Source: a virus (Duplodnaviria > Heunggongvirae > Uroviricota > Caudoviricetes). From it: a DNA stretch of 19,198 nt. This document shows, piece by piece, positions 1 through 8,023 of the stretch; within the stretch, counting starts at the first letter, position 1; each line of letters opens with the position of its first letter. The notes under the pieces were generated by a model that was not told where the DNA came from, did not search any database, and was given only the letters and a program-made list of their open reading frames with translations. The position numbers were made by a program, and so were the translations under genes. The DNA is taken from the IMG/VR virus record IMGVR_UViG_2585427781_000003. The stretch is one strand, 5' to 3'.

Positions 1-447
1 CGATTTTGAGAACGACAGCGACTTCCGTCCCAGCCGTGCCAGGTGCTGCCTCAGATTCAGGTTATGCCGCTCAATTCGCTGCGTATATCGCTTGCTGATT
101 ACGTGCAGCTTTCCCTTCAGGCGGGATTCATACAGCGGCCAGCCATCCGTCATCCATATCACCACGTCAAAGGGTGACAGCAGGCTCATAAGACGCCCCA
201 GCGTCGCCATAGTGCGTTCACCGAATACGTGCGCAACAACCGTCTTCCGGAGACTGTCATACGCGTAAAACAGCCAGCGCTGGCGCGATTTAGCCCCGAC
301 ATAGCCCCACTGTTCGTCCATTTCCGCGCAGACGATGACGTCACTGCCCGGCTGTATGCGCGAGGTTACCGACTGCGGCCTGAGTTTTTTAAGTGACGTA
401 AAATCGTGTTGAGGCCAACGCCCATAATGCGGGCAGTTGCCCGGCAT
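1..447 (-). CDS. insB: IS1 transposase InsB, 3' end truncated by the window edge
   Basis: ATG at 447-445 opens a frame reading [27 protein letters not shown]..., running to the window start where it reads ...[10 protein letters not shown]. Not in the ORF track because it runs off the window. Confidence 0.9.
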
Positions 448-641
448 CCAACGCCATTCATGGCCATATCAATGATTTTCTGGTGCGTACCGGGTTGAGA
501 AGCGGTGTAAGTGAACTGCAGTTGCCATGTTTTACGGCAGTGAGAGCAGAGATAGCGCTGATGTCCGGCGGTGCTTTTGCCGTTACGCACCACCCCGTCA
601 GTAGCTGAACAGGAGGGACAGCTGATAGAAACAGAAGCCAC
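366..641 (-). CDS. insA: IS1 InsA (DNA-binding N-terminal transposase component)
   Basis: 91-aa [43 protein letters not shown]... with a Cys-rich zinc-finger-like N-terminus; TAA stop directly after the A6C motif. Confidence 0.95.
384..392 (-). promoter_or_regulatory. IS1 programmed -1 frameshift motif (TTAAAAAAC) giving the InsAB' fusion transposase
   Basis: Minus-strand TTAAAAAAC at the end of insA, overlapping the insB frame. Confidence 0.85.
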
Positions 642-696
642 TGGAGCACCTCAAAAACACCATCATACACTAAATCAGTAAGTTGGCAGCATCACC

Positions 697-2174
697 GAGG
701 ATGAGTATTCTTCTGTCGCAATGCGGGCGGCCTCCTGCTGGTTCCCTTCATCCTGTAGCGCCTTAATCTGGTTATAAGTCGCAAGTGTCAGAAAATGGTA
801 CTGATCATTAAGTTTTGATATGGCACTGACAGGATCCTTTGCAATTTCATTGAAGTCATTAACCAGTTGTTCGGTTGATATTCCTGTTACTTCGCTCGTT
901 TTTACTATCGCTGTCGTCACTTGCTCCAGCGAACTGCTCGCTACCTTTCCCGAACGCACAAGCTGATTTAATACTGCCGCCGCAGCACCAGTTGTCGAAT
1001 CAGCCGCATTCCCGGCACGTTGAGCTATATCGCCCAATTGCCCGCTGGTTGTCCCCAACTGATTTCCGGTAAGAATAAGAGATTTATTAAATTCGTCCTG
1101 CTCCTGAGAGCCTTTATAGTAAGCCAGTCCTAAGACCCCAACGGCTGCTGCGGCCAGGGTAAAAGGATTAATTAATCCCAGCACATAAGAACCTACACCT
1201 TTGATCGCCGGGCCAATCCCACCGAACATATCTTTTAGCTGGCCGCCCTGCTGCATTAACACCATAAATGGCGACTGACCAGTGGACAACCCAACAACAA
1301 TATCCGTCATTTGTGCAGGCAACATGCGCATAGCAAAAGCCGTTTGTTTTGCCGACATTCCGGTTTTGCTTAATTGTGATTGAGTAACCTCAAGCTCACT
1401 CCGCATAGCACGAAGTTTTCCAGAAAGCTCCTCATACATTTCAGGAGAAAGCATCCCCTTAGCTTTTGCTTCATTGAGCTGTTTCTGTTGTTCTACCAGA
1501 CGATTAAAAGCAGTTCCGACAGGATCAAGTTGAGCAATCAGACGTTGCAAAGCAACAACCTGTTCATCATGCGCTTTTGCTGCTTCTCGCTCTGCCTGAG
1601 CCTCTCCGGTAAGCTCTCGCCGTGTTTCCTGTATTTTTCGGCTATAATTCTCAAACTGAGAACCATTTATTTTCCCGGATGCAAACGCAGCATTAAGTTC
1701 ATCATGCTGTTGTTCAAGATTTCTTAGCGCCGCAGCCAGAGGGTCGATCTTGTCCAGCATTCTTTGAAAGGCCTGAGCCTGCGCTTCCTGCTGGGCGGCA
1801 GCAAGTTTTCCGGCCTTCTCGGCTTCTCTCTGCGCTTGCGCAACCCCGCTCAATTCCTCTGTGGTTTCATTAAGTTTACGGACAAGAAATTCATATTCTT
1901 CTTTATCAATAAGCCCTTTATCGAAAAATTTCTTTAATTCAGAATAGCGTCGACCGACAGTATCAATTGCGGCACCAACTGGATCAATAGCTGCTTTTAA
2001 TTTTGCGAGCGCGTTCTTCTCATCTTCTGTTGCCTTAGTCACTTTCCCTGCGCTATTTGCAGCAGTTTCCCCAGCCTGCGTCATTTTGACTAATGAGGAG
2101 GTCAGATTGTCAGCATTATTTTTCGCTCCAGTGCTATCAATAATTATTGCGAGACGCGAGGTTTGCTCTGCCAT
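697..2174 (-). pseudogene. Tail tape measure protein, lambda H-like, 3' end truncated by the IS1 insertion
   Basis: ATG at 2174 preceded by an AGGAG RBS. Long coiled-coil N-terminus, then a motif [39 protein letters not shown]...LILTGNQ that closely resembles the lambda gpH motif as I recall it. The frame runs into IS1 at 696 and stops at 675; only about 490 native residues remain. Confidence 0.85.
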
Positions 2175-2190
2175 TTATTAAAACTCCTGA

Positions 2191-2220
2191 CAACAAAAAA
2201 CCCACCGCGAAGTGGGTTTC
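2191..2220 (-). terminator. Terminator-like hairpin plus T-run just upstream of the tape measure start
   Basis: Minus strand reads CCCAC TTCGCG GTGGG followed by TTTTTTGTTG. It lies in a 165-nt non-coding gap between the G-T stop (2340) and the tape measure RBS. Confidence 0.5.
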
Positions 2221-2339
2221 AGGCGACATAATAGTAGATATAGCGATTACGAGGCCACGCAATGCTTTTCTCCAGGAGCATCATCGATTTAATTAAAGAC
2301 ACCATCACATCTCTGTAACAGAGTGTACGTAATTAACAA

Positions 2340-3109
2340 CTACACACACTGCTCCTGAAAATACTGGTCATCCAGTGCAAAGATCACTGCTTCAAATTCA
2401 TCGCGCTCAATCAATACCGGATGAGTGGCTAAATATTCATTTATCTCTGTCAGAGATAAAGGCAAAGGCACCCCAGCCATTCCAGCATAACGTCGGGCAC
2501 GGGATATTACCGAATAGGCGTACAACAACTCCTTAAGCACCGGGTCTATTTCTGGTTCCGGTATCGGTGGCAACCTGAGTTTTTCTCGCTTCCATCTTGC
2601 CTTTTCCCCCCTTTCTCCCCCGAACTCCGATAACCACCGCTGGGCAGCTATGGCTTTTTTATCGTATCCTGCTTCTGCTGCTCTTTACCCTGGGCGATGC
2701 TGGCTGCTTCTGCAAGGATCTGCCAGTACAACTCTGGATTCTGCTTAAGCAGCGCGATCCCTCGTTCTGCCGTATATTCCAGTGCAACCTCAACACCATT
2801 AACCAGTTCACCAACCCCTTTCCAGTCTTTCAGCAGATAACGAGCGGCATTATCAATGAGTAAATCATCAACAGAATCCACCTCGGAAACCTTTGAAATA
2901 TCAAACTCCTTCGTTCCGACGTGCAAACTGGCATCCATTTTCTCAATGTGGCGACGGATTAATGCATTACGGGAGCGATACTGATCGTTATCGCTGCTTG
3001 CCACCAACAGTTTTAACCCGTCTACAGGTTTTAAGTCCTTCATTGGCGTAAACCAGCGTTCTCCACCAATGATAATTTTCTGATTAAGAATAAACATCCA
3101 TAACCTCAT
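2340..3109 (-). CDS. G-T tail assembly chaperone fusion product (via -1 frameshift at 2654-2660)
   Basis: The 2340-2573 ORF has no ATG (its first start-like codon is TTG), is in the -1 frame relative to G, and is contiguous and stop-free with the slip site. This is the architecture of lambda G/GT. Confidence 0.7.
2648..3109 (-). CDS. Tail assembly chaperone, lambda G-like
   Basis: 153-aa ORF directly downstream of the major tail gene. Ends ...DTIKKP-TAG, with the slippery heptamer in its last codons. Start may be ATG 3109 or ATG 3097. Confidence 0.8.
   Translation of the reverse strand: MRLWMFILNQKIIIGGERWFTPMKDLKPVDGLKLLVASSDNDQYRSRNALIRRHIEKMDASLHVGTKEFDISKVSEVDSVDDLLIDNAARYLLKDWKGVGELVNGVEVALEYTAERGIALLKQNPELYWQILAEAASIAQGKEQQKQDTIKKP
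2654..2660 (-). promoter_or_regulatory. Programmed -1 ribosomal frameshift site (A AAA AAG) for the G-T fusion
   Basis: Zero-frame codons ATA AAA AAG CCA TAG; the -1 frame is open from here (GCC ATA GCT GCC CAG CGG ...) with no stop until 2340. Confidence 0.75.
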
Positions 3110-3157
3110 TCAATGCGTCCCCCTGTAGGGCAGTACCACAGGAGGATTAACGGAAAA

Positions 3158-4120
3158 TCAACTAATCGCCTCAGCACTGGCTTTTGCGATCACGGCAGCC
3201 GGGGAATTTTTTTTTCTGGTTATCGTAGGTGCTTCATCTGCTGCGGTAATGCTCAATTGAACCTGGATAATGTCGCTATTACCCCCATCAGGCCATTCAC
3301 CTGACACCTGAACCTTCAGGAAACTGAAAGTGTATGCCCCCTCTCCATTCGAAAGCGTGAAGCTGAACGGAACTGTTTCTCCAGTCAGTGTTTTACTCCA
3401 GATTTCCCACGCGGCTTTAGACCATGAAAGCGTCACCGTACCGGACGGTGTAAAAGTAGTCGGAATATTTGCTCCTGCATAAGGCGAGCCAGTCCCGATA
3501 CAACGCTGTGTCTGGAGTTTGTTATCGAACTGAATATCAAAACTGTCGATACAAAAACCGTTACCTCCGGCAACACCATTCAGGCTTACTGCTGAAACCT
3601 CCTTAAACGAATAACGTAGCTTTCCTGCACTATCCACAGGTTCGCCTTTGATAAAATTCGTATCATCGGCCTTTGATTCCCAGTCCAGTCCGGCAAAGGT
3701 TACGGTCGCTGTAATATCGCCGTCGTTAGGGATCTGCATTTTCCATGAGCCAACCTGCGCTCCTCTGACGACAGAGGCAATTCCGACATCGGACGCATAG
3801 GTCGCCAGAGAAAATGTTATTCGCTCATTCCCCATTGTCAGAGAATCGCCTGACCATTCCGCGCCGAAACAGGATGCAAGAAAATCATCATGTTGACCCC
3901 AGCGAAATTTGGTACCAACATCACCGCCGACATCCACAGTGCCAGGCGTCGCCCCCTGAGCCATCCGGGAGCCACCAATCTCATTATTTTCGCCTTTATT
4001 CTGGGTGGGTTTTACTCCCCAGCTTGTGCGTTTTAATAAACTCCAGTCACCACTTGCTGGCGTAGTGCCTGCAACCGTCTCCCGGATAAATGCCGAGATA
4101 ACCTTTGCACCTGAACTCAC
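3158..4120 (-). CDS. Major tail (tube) protein
   Basis: 320-aa ORF, GTG start at 4120 preceded by AGGAGG (ATAGGAGGCTCCTGTG). Sits between the tail terminator-like gene and the G/GT chaperone. Confidence 0.75.
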   Translation of the reverse strand: MSSGAKVISAFIRETVAGTTPASGDWSLLKRTSWGVKPTQNKGENNEIGGSRMAQGATPGTVDVGGDVGTKFRWGQHDDFLASCFGAEWSGDSLTMGNERITFSLATYASDVGIASVVRGAQVGSWKMQIPNDGDITATVTFAGLDWESKADDTNFIKGEPVDSAGKLRYSFKEVSAVSLNGVAGGNGFCIDSFDIQFDNKLQTQRCIGTGSPYAGANIPTTFTPSGTVTLSWSKAAWEIWSKTLTGETVPFSFTLSNGEGAYTFSFLKVQVSGEWPDGGNSDIIQVQLSITAADEAPTITRKKNSPAAVIAKASAEAIS

Positions 4121-4146
4121 AGGAGCCTCCTATGTCATTAATTGCG

Positions 4147-4539
4147 CTAGAGCGCGCGATATGGAATTTGAAGATTAAGCTGGAACCAGCCATTCTTTTC
4201 GCCAACGGCTATTGAGGAAACAGCCTGGTAACTGAGACGATCGTCATCCTGAAACTCAAACAGTTCCCGCAATTTATCGGCTGTCTCAGTAATGAGTTTT
4301 GAACCAGAACCTGCGGGGACAAATAACTGAATAATGATTATCCCCGTGCGATAAACAATCGGCCCCGCGCCAATTTCATTAACTCCAGCCTGCCCGGGAA
4401 TATTACTTAACCGCGCCCAGATTAACTTACCGGAAGGATCGAACGTTGGCGCGTTCGGATACAATACGTCTTTTCCATCAATAATCGTCTGTGCCGTCAT
4501 TCTGGAAATAACCGTATTTCTGATTTCAGTAAACGTCAT
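4147..4539 (-). CDS. Tail terminator / tail-tube completion protein (putative)
   Basis: 130-aa ORF; start ATG overlaps the upstream stop as ATGA (translational coupling). Assignment is by position immediately before the major tail gene. Confidence 0.6.
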   Translation of the reverse strand: MTFTEIRNTVISRMTAQTIIDGKDVLYPNAPTFDPSGKLIWARLSNIPGQAGVNEIGAGPIVYRTGIIIIQLFVPAGSGSKLITETADKLRELFEFQDDDRLSYQAVSSIAVGEKNGWFQLNLQIPYRAL

Positions 4540-4916
4540 TTGTAAGCCTGTAAAACACCATGAAAAGCGTTGGCATACACGCCAGTTGGCGCTTGTTGTG
4601 AATGACCGTTTTCAAGAGCCTCTGCATAAGGAAGGTTATTCTGGATATAAATAACTCCGTAATTTGCAGCTTTCGAAATAACCCCGATCCCACGCTGAAC
4701 AGCAATCGTACCGTTCGGATCCACGTTATCAGATATACCAAAATCGGGATGCTGTAACGACACCAGGTTGTTATTTCTGAAACGTCCGGTATCAACCGGA
4801 GCAGCAATATCAATAGCAGTAAGAATCTGAATAGCGATGTAGCGAATCTTCAGCCCTACATCTTCCTCAATCATCCCGGCAAATATTGACGGTTCTATAT
4901 CCCATGCCTTTGCCAT
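4536..4916 (-). CDS. Head-tail joining protein, HK97 gp10-like
   Basis: 126-aa ORF with a VDTGRFRNN...NLPYAEALENG pattern reminiscent of the HK97 gp10 family; start abuts the upstream stop (TAAATG). Confidence 0.65.
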   Translation of the reverse strand: MAKAWDIEPSIFAGMIEEDVGLKIRYIAIQILTAIDIAAPVDTGRFRNNNLVSLQHPDFGISDNVDPNGTIAVQRGIGVISKAANYGVIYIQNNLPYAEALENGHSQQAPTGVYANAFHGVLQAYK

Positions 4917-5300
4917 TTACGCTCTCCTTAACTGGATAGAGTAAACTGATGCGGAAGGATCTACACTTGCTGTAATTACCTCGTATCGTTGTAACTGCCT
5001 TGATACAGGATCATAAATCTCAATAATATGGTCGACAGCTGGTTTATCCGTAACCTCGCATACCAGAGCGGTTAATTTAAGGTCACCATGCAAAATATTA
5101 ATCCCATCAATTCTGCCCAGCTTATAACGTGTCAACACGCCTCGCCCGGTATAGATTGCGGTGGATTCGCCGCCAGTTTCCGTCACAGGATCCCAGTGCC
5201 GGTGCGTAACGTAAGAACCAGAAAAATCACTCACGGCGTCCGCTAAATCCTCATCAAAAGCAGCGGCAACCTCTGACTGAATCTCTTCACGAAGCCCCAT
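4917..5300 (-). CDS. Head-tail joining / head closure protein (putative)
   Basis: 127-aa ORF in the neck gene block; start overlaps the upstream stop as TAATG. Confidence 0.55.
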   Translation of the reverse strand: MGLREEIQSEVAAAFDEDLADAVSDFSGSYVTHRHWDPVTETGGESTAIYTGRGVLTRYKLGRIDGINILHGDLKLTALVCEVTDKPAVDHIIEIYDPVSRQLQRYEVITASVDPSASVYSIQLRRA

Positions 5301-5302
5301 TA

Positions 5303-5694
5303 TCCCCCCCTCACAACCCTGACTTGTGAGCGACTAAGTCCGTACGGTTTCAGCAGTGCTATCGCAAGCTGTAAATCGGGTTCAAGCAATGCAGTGCTGT
5401 TTGCTGGCAACTCAGAAAATGATTTCGATACACTGACCCCGTCAGCCGACACGGCTTTACTGATAACAACGCCAGAATCATTTTTCTGCTGAAACAACTT
5501 ACCGAATGAGGCAATTCTGGCTGCATATGCTCCCGCAAGTTTTACCTCTTCCGGAATACGGGATGGGTTAATTTTCAGGTTGAGCCATTAAGCCAGGCAT
5601 TAGCCATTAAAACAGCTTTATTTTTAGCGTTCTCACTCGTCCAGGCGTTCCCAAACGCATTATCAACGTCATCACAGGTCACGTAAGTGATCAT
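5303..5694 (-). pseudogene. Head-tail adaptor-like gene split by a frameshift
   Basis: ATG at 5694 gives a 39-aa frame ending TGA at 5575. A second frame is open from 5587 to 5303 (the 65-aa track ORF is its TTG-initiated tail). The break coincides with a tandem 8-mer, minus-strand TGGCTTAA TGGCTCAA. Confidence 0.6.
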
Positions 5695-5697
5695 GTG

Positions 5698-5874
5698 TTA
5701 CTCCTGAGTTTTCCAGCCCATAGCCTTCCAGTTGTCAACTTCATCAGGATGAACATTAGCGATAGTTGGTGCGCCGGGAAACATCTGATAATCGGTCACC
5801 ATAACCACTAACTCAATTTGCGTTTTTTGTGCGGCTTCACGCTGTGCTCTTTGCTCTTTAGTTAATCCGGCCAT
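5698..5874 (-). CDS. Small hypothetical protein (58 aa) downstream of the major capsid gene
   Basis: ATG at 5874; translation MAGLTKEQRAQREAAQKTQIELVVMVTDYQMFPGAPTIANVHPDEVDNWKAMGWKTQE. Below the ORF track size cutoff; function unknown. Confidence 0.45.
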   Translation of the reverse strand: MAGLTKEQRAQREAAQKTQIELVVMVTDYQMFPGAPTIANVHPDEVDNWKAMGWKTQE

Positions 5875-5885
5875 ATGCCCCCCAT

Positions 5886-5906
5886 TAAAAATGGGGCCGA
5901 AGCCCC
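5886..5906 (-). terminator. Rho-independent terminator-like hairpin just after the major capsid gene
   Basis: Minus strand GGGGC TTCG GCCCC followed by ATTTTTAAT, starting about 10 nt after the capsid stop (5917). Confidence 0.6.
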
Positions 5907-5916
5907 GTTTGAATGT

Positions 5917-7056
5917 TTAACCAAGAATCAGACAACCATGTGCCGGCTTCACTGATGAAACACCCCATGCCAGTCCAACTTCATAGCGCACCTGGCGATA
6001 CTGACGATACAGTGCAATCTGGAACGTAATCCCTGAAATCGGGTCCGTAACATTCATTACATCATCAGCATTATCGCCACCTTCCGGCATTGCCGGAGTA
6101 CGGGATGCCAGCAGAAACGCGTTGCGATCAAACGCCATATTTGCCGTAAAGGCCCCAACAACTGTGATGGCAGTATCATCGGCCAGATCCTGACGCAGTC
6201 CGGGCGCTGCAAGAGTAATCAGATTGCTGGTCGCTGCTGCCACAACATACTGATTCGGATCACCAGCGAACGTAACAATCTGACCTGCAGAAATACTCCC
6301 CGAACCAGTATCAATGGAAATAAGAACATCGCCTTCTTTTTTCTCTCCATTCACGAGATAACCAGTTGCAGCAACCTTTGGCGCTCGTTTCACACCTGCC
6401 GAACTGTGAATATTGAATCCCTCCAGACACCCCAACACGCCCTCACGCAGTAGCTGTTCAGTGCCGGATTCATTCACTTTAAACAATACAGACTGTTTTC
6501 CGCGCAAATTAGCAATGGCAGTGGAGCCAAGCACCATCTGCAGATCGGTTGTCGGTGCGCCGTTATCCTCCAGAACCTGACGAGCCAGAGCAGCATCAGA
6601 AAGATCATCTTTAACACCAAACGGCGTTGTCCCTGCGGTTCCCACGGCGCGGGAAGCACCGAAATACAACGCACCAAGATCAGCCTCAACCTCGTTTGCA
6701 AGGGCGCGAAAAGCCTGCTTGAACTGATCAGCCAGAATGGTGTTGTAAGTCCCTGAAGGGCCAAGAGCCAGTTGTTCTTCACCATTCCATTTAACCGGTG
6801 CCATTTTGGATTTAGTAATTTTTACATCAACAGTGCCAATATTTTGATCACCGGTATTCGGAGCTGACGGCCCCGGTACGATATCTTCGGTTTTCGCCTC
6901 AGGCGCAACTGGCGCGGTTACCGTCTGATCTTTTGCTGCGGCGTCAGCTTTTGCGTTTTTTGCTACCGCAGGGATAAAACCTACCTGCTCACGGGATACA
7001 ACATCCAGGGCGGTATAAATAGTCGGGATCAACCCGGTCAGGGTATTTCCAGCCAT
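5917..7056 (-). CDS. Major capsid protein
   Basis: ATG at 7056 with an AAGGAA RBS (TTTTAAGGAATATTTAATTATGGCT), about 379 aa, following the scaffold gene. The track ORF extends further upstream but has no RBS there. Confidence 0.8.
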   Translation of the reverse strand: MAGNTLTGLIPTIYTALDVVSREQVGFIPAVAKNAKADAAAKDQTVTAPVAPEAKTEDIVPGPSAPNTGDQNIGTVDVKITKSKMAPVKWNGEEQLALGPSGTYNTILADQFKQAFRALANEVEADLGALYFGASRAVGTAGTTPFGVKDDLSDAALARQVLEDNGAPTTDLQMVLGSTAIANLRGKQSVLFKVNESGTEQLLREGVLGCLEGFNIHSSAGVKRAPKVAATGYLVNGEKKEGDVLISIDTGSGSISAGQIVTFAGDPNQYVVAAATSNLITLAAPGLRQDLADDTAITVVGAFTANMAFDRNAFLLASRTPAMPEGGDNADDVMNVTDPISGITFQIALYRQYRQVRYEVGLAWGVSSVKPAHGCLILG

Positions 7057-7154
7057 AATTAAATATTCCTTAAAAATTTGCGTAATTGTGAATAGATGGA
7101 GTAATGAGCTATCCAGCCCTGACACCAGCTCCCATCCGGAAGCTGACAAATGTG

Positions 7155-7919
7155 TTAATCAACGATTGTGATACCGTCTTTCAATGCGTTTTGCTTACCT
7201 GCAACATCCAGTGCATCAAAAGCAGAGCGTTTCATCGTTTTCTGACCAATATCATGCTGTGTCGGACGGGAGCCGCCGCCATTGTTGCCACTGGCTTTCA
7301 GGATGTAGTCTTTCTGAGGGTAATTTTCGACAAGGAACTCCAGCGCCTCATCAAACTGCGCCAGTTCGCCAGGCTTCGCGCGGGAATAAATTTTGTTGCC
7401 GGAAGCGTCATAAGCAACGATCCTCCCTTCTTCCACTTTGAATGCCTGCCCGAAGCGGGCTTGTAATAAATCTGCCGGGATCGCAATTTTATCGGCAATA
7501 TATTTTGAACCCGCAAAACTACCGCCAATCATAGAATCGTAAAGCTGCTTCTCCAGCATCTGAGAGCGTTGCTTTTCTTCATCTAATTGCTGCTGAAAAT
7601 TTTTCGTAATTTCTGCCTTAACCTGGTCAACCTGTCCCGCATCGAGCAGCTTTTTCTGGTCGATTTTTGACAGCATTTCCAGTGCCTCGATCGCCTTCTT
7701 CGGGTCTTCGATAGCGGCAAACTTAGCCAGTTTTTCCTCTGCAGCTTCTTTAGCCAGGCGATGATTTTTTGCCTCGCCATTAAGCTCTGTAATTTTTTTT
7801 GTCGCCAGCGGTGCATCGAAGCCAATTTCTTTACCATCGTCGTGCACATAAACTGGCAGGCCAGCAGTATCAATTTCTGCGTATTGTTTTCCGTTAATCT
7901 CGACCGTTTTCAGTTTCAT
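7155..7919 (-). CDS. Capsid scaffolding protein (putative)
   Basis: ATG at 7919 (MKLKTVEINGKQYAEID...); the track ORF begins at an upstream GTG. Coiled-coil-like, charged middle region; located between the Mu F-like and capsid genes. Confidence 0.65.
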   Translation of the reverse strand: MKLKTVEINGKQYAEIDTAGLPVYVHDDGKEIGFDAPLATKKITELNGEAKNHRLAKEAAEEKLAKFAAIEDPKKAIEALEMLSKIDQKKLLDAGQVDQVKAEITKNFQQQLDEEKQRSQMLEKQLYDSMIGGSFAGSKYIADKIAIPADLLQARFGQAFKVEEGRIVAYDASGNKIYSRAKPGELAQFDEALEFLVENYPQKDYILKASGNNGGGSRPTQHDIGQKTMKRSAFDALDVAGKQNALKDGITIVD

Positions 7920-8023
7920 ATTAGTACCTGGTTTAAGTCTTCCGACAGTTACGCTGCTCACCATCCGGATCGCAGCAATAAAAAAGGCCACCCGAAGGTA
8001 GCCTGTTGTAATAAATGATTTAT

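Larger units (their letters stand above)
1..696 (-). mobile_element. IS1 insertion sequence, partial (about 696 of 768 bp; the far end lies beyond the window start)
   Basis: Reverse complement of 674-696 is GGTGATGCTGCCAACTTACTGAT, which I recognise as the IS1 terminal inverted repeat. insA, the A6C frameshift motif and insB follow in IS1 order. Confidence 0.95.

Noticed and set aside
458-670. 70-aa minus-strand ORF overlapping insA
   Set aside because: Alternative frame inside IS1 that is not part of the known InsA / InsAB' coding arrangement.
875-1727. Plus-strand ORFs 875-1072 and 1380-1727 inside the tape measure gene
   Set aside because: Entirely antisense to a long, well-supported minus-strand gene; low-complexity translations and no RBS. 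Treated as reading-frame artefacts.
2222-2339. 30-aa minus-strand ORF (MVSLIKSMMLLEKSIAWPRNRYIYYYVA) in the gap between G-T and the tape measure gene
   Set aside because: No credible RBS, very short, and no recognisable features; insufficient support to call a gene.
6474-6785. Minus-strand ORFs nested in other frames of real genes (6474-6785, 7298-7528, 7583-7873, 11185-11409, 11843-12238, 13659-13952, 14730-15011, 15603-15818, 18107-18322, 4526-4813)
   Set aside because: Each is fully contained within, or overlaps out of frame with, a longer ORF that has better start context and recognisable protein features.
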